A stretch of DNA of 64,000 nucleotides. Source: Botryllus schlosseri (taxonomy: Eukaryota). The stretch covers positions 29,824,001-29,888,000 of the forward strand of contig CM119371.1 of the NCBI GenBank assembly GCA_051294905.1. The letters run 5' to 3'. This document shows positions 41,055 to 55,021 of the stretch, piece after piece. A program made the translations under genes and the position numbers. The notes under the pieces were generated by a model that searched no databases, was not told where the DNA came from, and saw only the letters and a list, made by a program, of their open reading frames with translations. Numbering within the stretch: the first letter of the stretch is position 1; each line of letters begins with the position of its first letter.

Positions 41055-42890
41055 TATTTGATTGCCGCGCGAGGAAAGTGGCAAATTGATTGAGTGGGTG
41101 GGTGCATGCATGGTCTGTGACTATATAGATTTGTCTGAAAAGCTCCAAAGATCTGGGTAAAGCGATAAAGGTTGTCATTGCTCCACATATATTGGAATCG
41201 TTTACACCAGACGAACTAAAAGGATATATCCTTTCGTGAGACGAAAGCAATTACAAATTCGCCATTCGACACGGGACTTATTATTTTATTTTGTGGGTCT
41301 CAATTTATACGTGAGGTTCAAGCTGCGAGCGCTGGTCTTTTCGGCGCCTGGACAGTGGTCATATCAATGTTGAACATTTTGGTCAACATGTGGCGGTTAT
41401 TTTATTTCATGGTTTTATCGCCGTCAGTAATTACAAGGATTCGCGTGTTGCCCGAAACGTGGGTCTCGTGGTGTGAAAATGCCAAACGCCGAAATGCCAG
41501 TTCATACAATAGTCGCGCGTTTGTCAAATGTCACGCGTGCCGGGGGTTGCCGACCCCTGATATAGGCCCGTATTCAAGAAACCTTACTCAGTGCTCAAAC
41601 TCATTTTGCGTCAACATTGCGTAAGACTCAAGGCCTTACTCATTCCCTTTTTTACGGTTTGGCCCTGAATATATTGCGGAAATTGCGCTGTGAGCATGTT
41701 TGGTGCCTGCATTCACAATTTCAACTGTAATATATAGCACCGCTATAAGAAGGAAATCATGTTCTAGCGCCGTATGGCTTCATAGTTGGCTGCGTAGGCT
41801 ATTCCCAAATCAACGGACATTTTTCACCAGAAAGGTTTCCAATGGATTCGCAAAATCGGTTAATTCCTCACAACGCTCTGTTTTATCACTTAATATAAAA
41901 CGTAGCATCAGGATATGTACAAACGAATGGAGGATGACTGTTACTGAAAAACCACACACAAGCTGTTGTCTACAATAGCGATCCTCTAATCCTAACAAGA
42001 ACCGAATCTTCGGCGATGCGGACAAATGCAATACACGATGGTAGATGACCTGGCGCTTTATGAATGTACGCAATGTTAGATCATCGCAATACAGTTGATA
42101 AAACCGTCCGTCCCTGTGTATGGCGGAAATATCAACAACGCGGTACCAATACCCATCATCAGTAATCCAATAAATAGCTCGTGCTTACGCCTGAAAACTT
42201 CAGGTTGATGTCTGGTGTTTCATTATTTGAAAATATTTGCTCTGGCTACTACAGTATGTCAAATAGTCATGTTATTGAGCGGTGTTATTTCGTCTATACA
42301 TCCAGCGAATAATTCTAATATAATGTGTTGACGTAATTGAAGGCAATATTAGGCAACCAACATCACACCCAAACCCGCGGATTGCCAGATCGCGAGCCAT
42401 TAAAAAACCGCAGACGTCTGCAAGCAGTCATCAAGCTGTCTAATCTCTCGAGTAAAGACTCGAAACCGAGCAACACTAGAAATCCTACCAGAATACCAAA
42501 CGATCTCTCGAGTCGAGCTGGACTCGGCCATACTTCACATGTAAGGGCTTAGGACTACTGGAGAACAGTAGACTCTTTTAGTTCGATTCAAAACATTCAA
42601 ACCTTGATCGAATTAAACCTTGTTATACTAGCTCTACTTAGCCAAGGTTAGGCGCGAAAGTCCTCTAAAACATTTACACACGACCTGCTGAACGGTATAG
42701 CCGCGAGTAGCCTAGGCTATGTATGGGAAGTTTCGTTCAGCCGAAACTTGATTACAGGTCACGCGGCGGTTTAGCAATAATAGTAGTTAGTTGATCTATA
42801 CCAAATAATGTAACAGTTATTGAGGATTGGAGACTTTAAGCCATCAGGCCTACTTACTGAGGCTTTCGTAGATGTGAAATGCGTTTAGAA

Positions 42891-44829
42891 CAGTGGTTCC
42901 CAGCAACCTATTTGGCTGTCGGATCCACGTTTCAAACTTCGGAGTACCTACAGACGTGGTCAAAGTTGTCAAGAAATCTACTCATGTAGAAGTAGCGACG
43001 AAAAAAATCTACTCTCAAGTACGAGTAGAAGTACTTATTCTTTAAGCAACCTAAAACTACTCGAAGTACAAGTAGAATTGACTGACTTTAAAAGTACTCA
43101 AGTAAGTAAGTAGTTGTGAAAACGATCCTAATTCGCTCACATGGACTGTAAAGAGGTGCAAATTGAGCTATGCGATAGGTGACGAGCTTGATTCATATTG
43201 ATGCATACCAGCAGGTATCCAATTTTCAATAGCATAAGCATTCGTCCACATCATGGGATGAAGATGATAGTATTGATATGGAAATACGATGCTAATCCTC
43301 CGTTTTCTCGAACAGCACGTTTTAGAAAATAGCATGGTATGGCGCCATTCCCCATATTATAAGGCCCGTAGTTTAGTCGAAGAGCAATACGGAGAAGTTG
43401 TATAGGATACGGTGTAAACACTTTGCGCGATCAGTAAAAATTATGATGGACCATAAAAATGCCATATTGTGTAGCTTTATTTCCACTTGCTTTTATACTT
43501 CAACATGTATGTTATCCAGACAAAAGAACTGATATTAATTATAACTCAAAGTATATGATACTGGGAATTGAAAGTGAAATATAAACGCTACTTCTAAAAG
43601 CCGAACATGTATTTCATGTTTTTAGTCCAGAAAGTTTCAAAGGTGGTATGCTAAAACAGCTCTAAAACTAAAAAAAAGTCAGAGTCCACTTTTCCAGATT
43701 TGGACACGCCATGGACAATGGACATGTTAGATTACGATATGACAAGTAAATGCTAGATTGCAAAACATACGTTATGATGAGCCATATATACTGTGATGAA
43801 TTATTTGATATGGGCGAAGGGCGACAATGTGGTGTGAACGGAACCACGCCAACCCTCTACCTAAATTATGTTCACCGATACTTTCGTGGAATCATACTGG
43901 TCACTCCGTATCCACTGCGCGCGAAGCGCGACGAAAATTCTGAGCTTTACTAAACTTTTATGAAAATTAAATGTTGATACTCCGTGAAAACAGCCCCGAA
44001 ATTCCTCAGGCTATCTTCCTGATTGGAAAATTGAACTACTTCTACTTGACAAACTGAAAGTAGCGAAAAGTAAGTAAGTAGATCACAAAATATTACGAAG
44101 TAGAAGTAGAAGTAGCGAAAATCAGATCTACTTGAGTAAGTACCAGAAGTAGAGGATAACTACTTGAGTACTTCAAAAAAGTAGAAGTACTTCGTTACTG
44201 ACCACCTCTGAGTACCTATATGGAGCCGCATGAAAACACTCGCGAAGTCTATACTTATGAAGAAAATTTAATGGTATAGCTATAGCCTTCCTCTGGATCT
44301 CACCGTCCAGCTAATTCAAAGGCATGCACGATGCACTGCACATATAGACTTCTATAGATGCTATATCGATTGTTCTAGCATTGCTAGATAAAGACTGGCG
44401 AGTGCTATACATTGAAATATACTAAAAATGCATATCATCACTACAGTATACTATATATAACGTTATGTAATAGCTCTTCATACATTCCAGCAGTTAATGC
44501 ACAAGTTTGATTGGGATTATACGCTGAGTAATATTGGTAATATTGCAATTTATACTTGACTATGAGCCGATACTTTGATGCCAGTAAAATTGTGTCGAAA
44601 GTTACTCTTCACAGAGACAATCTATAAAGGTCTATGACCAGCAGCACTCAGGATATATCATTTTCTGACGGGTATAAATCCATGGTTTCAACGCTATTCT
44701 GCAAAAATTCTCTTTCTCCGTTTTCAGAAGAGGCCTTTGGCAAACATCAGCAACTGTTTATAATATTTTAGTGGCATATTCAGGGGTCTATTAGAGCCGC
44801 AAGAAGGTTAGCCGGGTTAGGAATCACTG
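42891..44829. mobile_element. hAT MITE
   Basis: CAGTGGTTCCCA...AGGAATCACTG; TSD GTTTAGAA. Confidence 0.85.
42951..44210. mobile_element. hAT MITE with AGTAGA subterminal repeats, nested
   Basis: CAGACGTGGTCA...TGACCACCTCTG; TSD AGTACCTA. Confidence 0.88.
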
Positions 44830-45056
44830 GTTTAGAATCTACTTTCAAACGCTATATCCAGCATCGTGGCGTCCCCGCATCGACAACAAACTTCATTCTG
44901 CATGTGTATGCACATTCACACTGCACAGTGCACAGTCTTGTGATGTGCAGGATTGAAATATACAGACTGCAATTTCCACTGATGTCATGTTTCCCTAACC
45001 GCAGTCGAAGCTAGCCGTGAAATCGAGTTATTTTATTTATTAATAGTAGCATGTTG

Positions 45057-46021
45057 CAGTGTTGGGATCAAGTCACTACCTTCGAGTCACGAGTCATTTC
45101 GATTCATTGCACATTTTGACTCGAGTCAAGTCAAGTCAATCGATTTTCGAAGGTGACTCGAGTCAAGTCAAGTCACTCGATTTTTGGAGGTGACTCGAGT
45201 CAAGTCGAGTCAAGTCAAGTCAAGTCACGAGTCAAGTCACGAGTCAAGTCAAATTGCCTTTTCGAAGTATGAGGCATGATAACGTCATTGCATTTTGCTA
45301 GCTGTCTGATTAACAGATTGATGTGGTCATTTATTCTGAACCGATGAACGAATATAAAGTTAAATATACACGCAAGAAGGCACTGTATCGCTCACATAGG
45401 CATATACGTAGAACTGTTCAACTACGTAAGTAATTGCATAACCTCAGTTTATAGTTACCAGCCAAACTTGAAAAACGAATTGATAAGATGCAATACTTTA
45501 CTCATTTACATGTTGATATGATACCATTCGAGCCTACACCAATGGTTGATGAGTATATAAACTATATTCGAATTCAATTTCAATAAAACAAGAGGTTTGG
45601 TTAAGGTATAAGAACAGAAAACAGAAATGAATATTATGCTATTAAAATACCTCACTACTAGTTTACGACAACCTATGCTGTATACTTCAATTACTACGTA
45701 TGTGGTCATTTTATTTATTTGAGACATCGTGAGACACACGATCATTGAGTGATTTGTCGCTCTCACGGGTTACACCAGCGTTTCGCGAACAATCCGAACC
45801 TATATAAGATACAGTGATTTTTATCGACACCGATTACTTGATGACTTGAAATTGACTCGTGAATTTTGCTCCGAGTCACGAGTCAATCCACATTTTTGAT
45901 GATCCGAGTCAAGTCAAGTCAAGTCATTTTTGCAAAGTGACTCGAGTCAAGTCAAGTCATACGAAAAAGGTGACTCGAGTCTGACTCGAGTCAAGTCATG
46001 ACACGAGTCATCCCAACACTG
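45057..46021. mobile_element. GACTCGAGTC-type MITE (family of 20518-21512)
   Basis: TIR CAGTGTTGGGAT; TSD GCATGTTG. Confidence 0.9.
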
Positions 46022-46094
46022 GCATGTTGTGGTGCTTATAACCGCGTGGTTTTTTGCACCACGTGACAACAAATTCCATCACCAACACAAGCTA

Positions 46095-46658
46095 ACTTGC
46101 TCAAGTGTCACATGCTCAAGGGACGCATGCTAAAATGTGGCACGCTCAAGTGTCGCATGCTCAATTGTGGCATGCTCAAGTGTCGCATGCCCAAGCGTCG
46201 CATGCCCAAGCGTCGCATGCCCAAGCGTCGCATGCCCAAGCGTCGCATGCCCAAGCGTCGCATGCCCAAGCGTCGCATGCCCAAGCGTCGCATGCCCAAG
46301 CGTCGCATGCGCAAGTGTCCGCGTGCTCATTTGTCACCATGCTAATATGTCACCATGCACAAGTGTTAACATGCTGAAGTGTCCCAATCGTTATGTGCCC
46401 CCATGCTCACGTGTCACCATGCCCATATGTAACCATGTTCATTAGTCCCCATGCTAATGTGTAACAATGCTCAAGTGTCGCACGCTAAACTGTCCCCATG
46501 CCCATGTGTCCCCTTGGTCATATTTCAACATGCTCATATGTCCCCATGCTCATGTGTCCCTATGCTCATGTGTTACCATGCTAATGTGTCCTCATGCTGT
46601 AGCGTCGCATGCTCAACTGTCGTTTTGCATTGTGTCGCATGCTCATATGTCGGGCAAC
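46095..46658 (-). repeat. Same 15-bp minisatellite in inverted orientation
   Basis: A (CAAGCGTCGCATGCC)n run plus diverged units; its outer end resembles the reverse complement of 40102-40160. Confidence 0.92.
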
Positions 46659-48029
46659 CGCGTCATCCCGATCACGCGGCCCCGCGCAGGTTGAAAGATT
46701 TCAACTGATAAACATCACATAAATCCTAAACGAGATTGTCATAATTTGGATCACTAGTGTGATTTCAGATTGGCCAATCCAGTTTCAATTATTTTAGTGA
46801 TGTGCTTATAAAAAAACGATTCGCGCATGCCTCAGTGATCCAAATTATGACAATCTCGTTTAGGATTTATGTGATGTTTATCAGTTGAAATCTTTCAACC
46901 TGCGCGGGGCCGCGTGATCGGGATGACGCGCCAGAAATTAAACATAAAAATGATATAGGAGGTATTTACCTTAGAACAGTGGTTCTCTAACTTTTTAAGA
47001 CACCCCCACCCCTTATGATGGTAAAAGAGTTCACGCCCTCTTATCGTCATATCACAAAACGCAACCAGGATGCTAGCAAACTTAACGGATAGTTATATGA
47101 CATGGAAGGTTACGACTGTGGATGAGAGATTTCTAAATATGAAATCCAGACTAAAATACAGAGCAACAAGTATGAATGGGATGTAGATCACGCCAAGCGC
47201 GAATTTTTTTTTAATTTGACCTCAGCTTCGCGCCCATCTTGAGATGCCATAATCAATTACCAGCACTCGGCGTATATCGCGCCGGAAACCTGTGCAATGT
47301 GCCTACGTGCAGGACCGTAACAGCACTTCGTCAGCCCCCTCAATAACAAAACGTTGTTCTTGGGTCACAGAGGGCGATAAACCTAACTTCTGGCGGGCTT
47401 TACCCCCAGACCTCCCCTTACGATACCTTGTTACCGCTACTTCTCAGCGAAGTTTTTGTACCGTTCATTTAGTCGTTTTGTTTCGAATAAACCACGCGAA
47501 GCGCGAAAATATTTCATAATTCATAATTGAATTGGTCAACATGATCGGGAATTGCATATATATATATATATATATAGCTGTAAATTTTTTATGCTATCTC
47601 TGCTCATGCATTCAGATTTATCTGTCGAGCTGAGTGAGGCGTTTTGGAATATGATAAAATGATATAATTTTTCTAAAAAGTTGCATAAATTTTCAAAAAA
47701 TACTCTATAATTTATGTTAATTCACGAATAGTTTTGGCCCCCCTTCGAGCTCCCCTCCCTCAATTAAGGTGGTTTGGTGTACGGCAGTTACGGTCCTGCA
47801 TACGTGTGTATAAAGAGCTGTCCCGGAGGTTTATACCTGACATATTTGGTATGTGAATTGTGAATAGTGAACACGCAGCATTAAATTCCGAGTCCATTCG
47901 TATTAAATTCAAGTCAATCCGACCAAAATTGTAGAGTTTATGACCGTGATAGAATTGCTTATGACAATTTTAGCAATAGGCTACCTCGAACATGAATGTA
48001 GGGCATTTTGAAAAATTCCAGTTGGCGAT

Positions 48030-48170
48030 GATGGGGGTTTTATACCTGGCGTGATTGGTATCAAACCAGGGTGATGCGACAGATGTGCAAAGCATACCCG
48101 TTTTGCCTGTGATACTTGCAACCAACTGGTTTGCCCAAGACACAGAAAATCTCAGGAGAACCAATAATGC
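48030..48170 (+). pseudogene. Possible piggyBac transposase C-terminal Cys-rich domain relic
   Basis: PG*CDRCAKHTRFACDTCNQLVCPRH fits CxxC..CxxC...CxxH; possible GGGTT end near 49030. Confidence 0.45.
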
Positions 48171-50823
48171 TTGGAAGGCTGATCAATTTGTAGTGGTGCT
48201 GTTTCGTTGCTCTTGCGTTTGAAATATACGTGGCCAAACATCGCTTATTGAGGTATCTCTAATATTGCTTTCAAAACTACATTCACTGCGATATAATTTA
48301 TTAACTTGCAGGAATTTCGTATGCCCCTTATCAACAAGAGGTAACGGCACAATAAGAAGCATATCGGAAGAGATTCAAACGAAATCCAAATTGGCAGAAT
48401 TTGACGTAACAAAGCAATAATAAAAAGGAACGGTAGCTGGCCAAAGTCAGCTGTACCGGTACTCCGGCGGTCATAATAAAGGGATAAGAGAGAATCAAAT
48501 TATACAAGCAATATTCAAGTTAAGTACCGCCAGTTAGATATTCGAGGTATCTGTGCATTTTTTATGACAGCTATTAAGGTTACTAACATTTCAAAATAGG
48601 TATTTTGCGAATCCCTCAGCCTAATTCTCAAATCGGAATTTGACGAAACCGGACCGGAACAACGGGGCTCATTCACTTTCGGACCAAAAAGCTATTTTCT
48701 CCGTAAGGCTGCAATGACTTTAGTCCGAAAGTGAACGAGCCCCGTAGGTCTGTCAATTACATGTTCCGAAATCATATCGGAAGTGGAAGAAAAAGTTGAA
48801 AATTTTGACATTTTCGTGGATTTTCGATTTTTCAATCTAAAACTAAGTCCGTAGACCCCTAAATTAGGATCCATGATCGATTCTTAAGGTTTTATCGATA
48901 TAAAATCACCTAAAATATTAAACTCACTATGAGACTGGCGTCTTTCCATTGAAAAACCCGAGGAAATACCAGGTTGACAATCTGTCAACGTGTGTGCCGT
49001 GTGTGCCGTGAGTCCGCGGACTCGGGGTTGAGAAATACTGAATGCTAAGTATCTTCATTTCCTTTTCGTATAACAATTTTCGTTTGGTTTGTGCGATGAA
49101 ATTTTTTGCAACAGAAGTGCGCATGGTGCTCACAAAGGATGAAAAGCACTGGTATGGAACATTGGAAAATAACAGTCAGACTTGTACAAACTACCCATTT
49201 AGATAGTTGACGGTCAACTAACCCGCGGTATTTTTAGTGGTTCTAGTTCTAGTTCTGGTTGCGGATTTTGAAAATTGAGTAGTTGTAGTTCCAGTTCTAG
49301 TTACGAATTTTGAAAATTCGGTAGTTCTAGTTCAAGTTTTAGTTGCATATTTGAAAAAATATTAGTTGCACAACAACTGGAAAACACGTGTCGTCGTTTT
49401 GGGGTAGGAAGTTCTCCCATTTCAAACTCGAAACCCAGTTCTTTTGAAATGTCGATATGTCGGATATTTCCGATAAAATAAAATCAATGTGTTGCCTAGG
49501 AGAATTAAAATCAGTTCAGTACGGTTCTGGACCTTTAATGACCTGAGACCCCTACGTCACAGATAGGCAACCATTTTCCTGAGAATGAAAGGCAGGAAAT
49601 ACGTTGGCGAGCTAAGTCAAAAGTTTGCACTATATTCGGCGGTGTATTAATTTCCAATAATTTATGAATTGAAAGCAATGATTTACGTGGTTAATGCAAG
49701 CTTCTTGGTGGATATCTTACAATTAGGCAATTTGGAATTTAGAGTTAAAGGTAGAAACTAATATTTATCCCTCGTATTTATTCAAAACAATGGTAAACAA
49801 GAAACATTGTTACCTTTTTTAAACACACCAACCCTCTAGACATGCACGTTCTTCTCTCAAGACACAAAAATATATAGGATGTTACAGATGGTCACTATCC
49901 CGACGGGGTGTATAGCTTGGTAAAATCGTCCTGTTGTTTTGGTAATTTCGCAGGCAGATTTTCCGAATTCGTCTTCTCGCAGTCTCAGCCGAATGACTGC
50001 GTTCTTATGTCATAGTCCCGACGTAAATTAATCCGTGTTATATCGACTTTATTTTGAACATAGATTACGCCAGGGATCGGCTACCCCTGGCACGAGTGCC
50101 AGAAGTGGCATACAAGAAGATTTTTCATGCCACGCTAAATGATTTGATGTGCATTATTATAACTATGTTTCTTGTATGCCTATTAAAATCAATATATCTA
50201 GTGACAGTAAATCGCTTAGCACGAACGACCTTTTTAAGTTTATGAAATCTCTCCAAATTCCTCTATAATTTATGCAGATTTCGGCCCCCTTATAGGGTGC
50301 GGCAGTTACGGTCGTAACTAAAATGAATCGCCTCGGACTTTACGCATGATAAAATTGTAATGACTAGTAGAGGTGACAGATTTCCAAATCTATACAGTCC
50401 ACGTTTTATCATATCTTTGGTGACATATGACCATCCGGTCTGCCGCACGTTATTGTCGTTTGGCGAAATATAATAACGAAATTTCGTTCTACTTTGTGCC
50501 CGCACACAAAGGAGAAAAGTTACTTGAATAACTTGCAAGGAAATTTGCTAGGAAGTGTCGAGTCGTTACCTGCAGTCATATTTCCCGTCGCAAAACCAAG
50601 AAGCGGGAATACACCAATTATTCATGGGCTCGGGCGTATGTGACGACATAACCCTTGTTCCGTTGTGGCATTCGAATTGATTCTCTCCACATTTTCTTCC
50701 TGGTAAAACATTATATAGAAGTATAATTTGAGATAATTATTGTATACTGTAGTATAGCCTACATAATATAGTTTGCGTTCGGTGAGCTTTTTCACTGCAG
50801 TTGGCGACCTCCGTGATACTTCA

Positions 50824-52210
50824 AAAGACCGGGGACAAATGTAACTAGGGGCAAATGTAACAATCGACCTCACCGCCAGTAGGGTGGATAAATCACCTTG
50901 ATATTTTGTGTGCGCATGTGGTAGTGATCTCTCCTAACATATCTGAAGTTACGTTGAGATATGACGCGACACTCCGAAATAATTTGAAAAAACGAAATTT
51001 TGGACACTCGCGTAAATATTTTCTGATCTGGAATAATTTGTTCAGACGAATAATACCTCAAGTGGTTACAACGTAATATATGTAGCTGGAACAATGTTAC
51101 TGCAGTCTACCTTGATGATAGAAAAAGTAGGACTTGCATCGCCGGAAAGGACCATACTGAGACACTAATCATGGTCGAGCGTGTCAGGGGCAAACGTAAC
51201 ACTCTGTTACTTTTGCCCCGTTACAACATATTTTCAATGCTGAATATCTTTGTTCATATGTTGGTATAACCATTTATTTACTGCAGATGCTTGACACAGC
51301 CAGAAGTTCAATACCAGAACAGATAATACCTTGCCATACCAATTCTAACATGATCATCTCTCGGAATGGCCATACAGCAGTGGTGACGTGAATCTTACGG
51401 TTCGGTTATTTCCGTGATTCTACCACCCTTTCTCATGTTGAACGACTTTTGGTGTGTCGACCTTCAATGGTCACTTAACAACTTGCCCATGACTGAATCC
51501 TCATCCTCTGACTTTGAGCATGGCCCAATTACATTTTGTCATTTGTTGTGAACAGATTATTTTAATTTCGTACAGAACAGGAGAATGCCATTAGCATTGA
51601 GTCCACAAAATGTTGTCTCCTCGTTTTGCTACACTATCATCGGCGCATTCAACCAAAATATTTTAGCCAGGTCGGTTTCGCACCTTCGCAGGTGACCCAA
51701 TGCCCAACCCATTGTGCACGCTGAACAACAGCACCTTGGTAGAAGATGCCTAATATGTGTAAGGAGATGATGGAATGAATGTGGTTCTTCTACACTTTGA
51801 GCTCATGAAGAAGTCACGAAGGGTGATATTGTATTTAAATGCCAAAATGCTATGGGGCGTATAGCCTGGAAGCGTTCAAACTTCTGTTTCTTTAGTTTGA
51901 TGCAATAATACAAGTTGTGGTCCCGTTTTCGTTGTTCATTTTGTTTGTTTTCACTTATAAATAACACTGTGATAATTGCCACGCATGGGTGGTACAATTT
52001 CACCTGGGTACAGGGCGATTGTAACATTTGAGCAGCGATTTTCGCGACCCAAAATTTCCATGATTGAGTGTTGATTGAGTTCCATTTTAGTTTCTATATA
52101 AACTATCGAGTTGCTGGCTTCCTTATATAAAACTTTGGAAATGAAATTTCCATGAGAACGACACGTAATGTTGGAAAATCCAAAAGTGTTACAATTGTCC
52201 CCGGTCTCCC
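50824..52210. mobile_element. Tc1/mariner-pogo-like non-autonomous element
   Basis: AGACCGGGGACAAATGTAAC ... GTTACAATTGTCCCCGGTCT inverted ends; superfamily inferred from TIR style only. Confidence 0.6.
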
Positions 52211-54106
52211 TTGCTCTAAACTAGTATCAAAAAGAATGTGTATACACACCCAAAGGCCTGAAAAGGGTGATATACGAAAACAGAACCTAAATCAGAAATA
52301 TATCGCGGTCATAAATCCTATACTTTCCTACGTTCCTACGTGCATGCATAATTTGGATTAAAATATTGTACTCGATTTTTACCAAGTATAAGTCCGAGGT
52401 AGGTCCCGGTTTCGTGTGCCATGGGTGTATATTCAAACCTGTATATCATGGGTGGTACAGTGGTGGAAATACACACTCTTTTTGCTACGTGCTCACTACT
52501 CCCAGGCTTTCGCGCGAAGAAGCTCGATTTTAGATGACGATATCATATAAGATGAAGAAGATGTAACTGAGGAGTGAGCCTTATACAATCCAAGTCACGT
52601 CACCAATATGTTGAGTGGAAATAAGAGATATAATCAAGTAACGAGCCATATACAAACTATCTCACCTTGTAGACTTTCCGCCGATATCACGAGAGCGAGG
52701 TACAGCAAATACAGCGACGGCATCATGGATTAGCACGAAACAAATCGACGCTGCAAATCAGTTGATGGAGAGGAACTTTCCGAAATATTTATAGAATACG
52801 ATTCAATTCCGGGGAAATACAATCAATTCCGAAATGTTGTGGTCTACGGATGTTACAGCCAATCAAACGTTTGCTATAATATAACGTTGTATGTTTCGTA
52901 ATGTAGGTTGTCCTGTAAGTGCACCAGAATAAGATTGTTGAAATAGGCTTTGTATTAAACGTAAGGTTCCTTTTTCAGGTTTATCATAATGTCCTCCGAG
53001 GACGCCTAAATGTCTTCCTTTATGGAATTCGCCCATCTTTACAGCTTTTACAGCTAGGATAATGGACAGGTTCAACTGAAAATCGGCATAAATGACGGGA
53101 AGTATGTAATATGGAAGTTCGAGCGGGTCATTCGACAGTCGGACGTAAGTGACGACCCTTTTTTCAGTCAACGCCGCTACATTCAAGTAAAAATAAGGTA
53201 ATCTGGGAGTCGAATGAAATTGATCACTTTTTTCTTTTTATTTAACTCAACAAAATTTCCAGTACATATTGCAAAATCGGCTGTTTTCAGTTTCGATCAA
53301 GTAACTTTACCGACTTGGCAAAAGTGTCCTTTCCCGATTCCAAAATATAGTACCCCTAACACCTTAATTAAACGTCCACCTCAACACATACTATGATCCG
53401 GATAGAAGACGGGCATTGCTTATGATCCATAACAACGGTACTCACATCAGAGCTACGAAGTCCCAAACTCCGACTCCAGTTACTTCATACACAGTACATA
53501 CCGATTCCTAATACTTTCTTACAAAACATGTGAATCAACCTATTTTTGTGAATTTGAAAAATAATGTGCTCGCAAAATATGATTAGGCATATGAAGGTTT
53601 GTCTGCGTCAGTGGTCCCCAGCGTGTGCGGTAGCACCCCCGGTGGCCGATTTACAGAAACAATGGGGCGAAAATACCAAAGGGGACGATTGGAGGTCGAA
53701 CATGTTAGTTAGAACGTCTAGTGAGATATATTTAATTAACACGGATAAAAATTGCACGTTGAGACGGCTTATTCTACATATCTCGTGAAAGTTGACTAAA
53801 AAAGGGTCAACGCAGCGGAGAGTGCTCTCGGAAACTGATTTTACGAGAACCGTTTTGGAAAAATAACCTTTCTTTACTCAATTCACCAGCGATCAGCGAC
53901 TCCAGCCCTTATGCTTCAATCCGACTCGGACTGCAAAGAGGGTTACAAAACAGAGAAAGTACTAGAGATGATTTACTGAGACATTTCACTGGATTGCTAA
54001 AATCATATTCCGCACCATTACTTAGAATTATTGAATTATAAGTTCATAGTCCCTTTATAAACTTTCGCATAGATCCCCATGACTGCGACAACCTCGTTAT
54101 TCCATC

Positions 54107-55021
54107 CAGTGTTGGTATCAAGTCACTACCGTCGAATCACAAGTCGTCTCGAGTCAATGCACATTTTGACTCGAGTCAAGTCAAGTGAATCGATTTTTGA
54201 AAGTGACTCGAGTCAAGTCAAGTCACTCGATTTTTAGGGTGACTCGAGACAAGTCGAGTCAAGTCAAGTCAAGTCACGCGTCAAGTCACAATTCGCGTCA
54301 AGTCGTCTTTTCGAAGTAGGAGGCATGATTAAATTCATCGCAATTTACTACTTGTTTGAAAAAGAGATTTAGTCACCATTTATTTTAAATCGAGGACCAA
54401 ATATGGACTTTAATATGCATGCAAAAGGGCGTTGTATATAGCTCACGCATCCGCCACAAATAGCGAATAGAATAAGAAACCTCAGATAGTTGAAACGAAT
54501 ATATACGATGCACTACCCACATATATATCCACGGGATACAATTTAAGCCTGAGCCAATTAAATTTAAATCATACAAGAGGTTTGGTTAAGGTGAGCACCA
54601 AGCCCAAATGACCAGTCAATAGCAAAGATAGATACTTAGTTGGTACATTTCTAGTTAACGACAAAGTGGTAACATACACCATAAGCTCTCATCACTTATT
54701 TTACGGTCAATTAATTTGTGATAAAACATCGGAGGTTCAGTGAATCGCCAAATCATTGAATGAATGAAAGAAATTGACCGCTCTCACATGTCACACCAGC
54801 GTATCAAGAAGAATCCGAACACATGCAAGATACAGCGATTTTTATCGACACCGATTACTTGATGACTTGAAATTGGTTCGTCAATTTTGCTCCGAGTCAC
54901 GAGTCACGAGTCAATCCAGATTTCAGAAACGCCGACTCTAGTCAAGTCATTTTTGCAAATTGACTTGACTTGAGTCAAGTCAAGTCATTCGAAAATGGTG
55001 ACTCGAGTCATTCCGACACCG
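54107..55021. mobile_element. GACTCGAGTC-type MITE (older copy)
   Basis: CAGTGTTGGTAT...TTCCGACACCG; TSD ATTCCATC/ATTCCGTC. Confidence 0.82.

Larger units (their letters stand above)
24970..49555 (+). repeat. Collinear direct segmental duplicate of ~2900-20400
   Basis: Matching blocks: 2900-3300/24970-25370; 4040-5220/26765-27940; 17930-18010/28395-28500; 18030-19750/37950-39642; 19790-20400/49045-49555. Confidence 0.85.
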
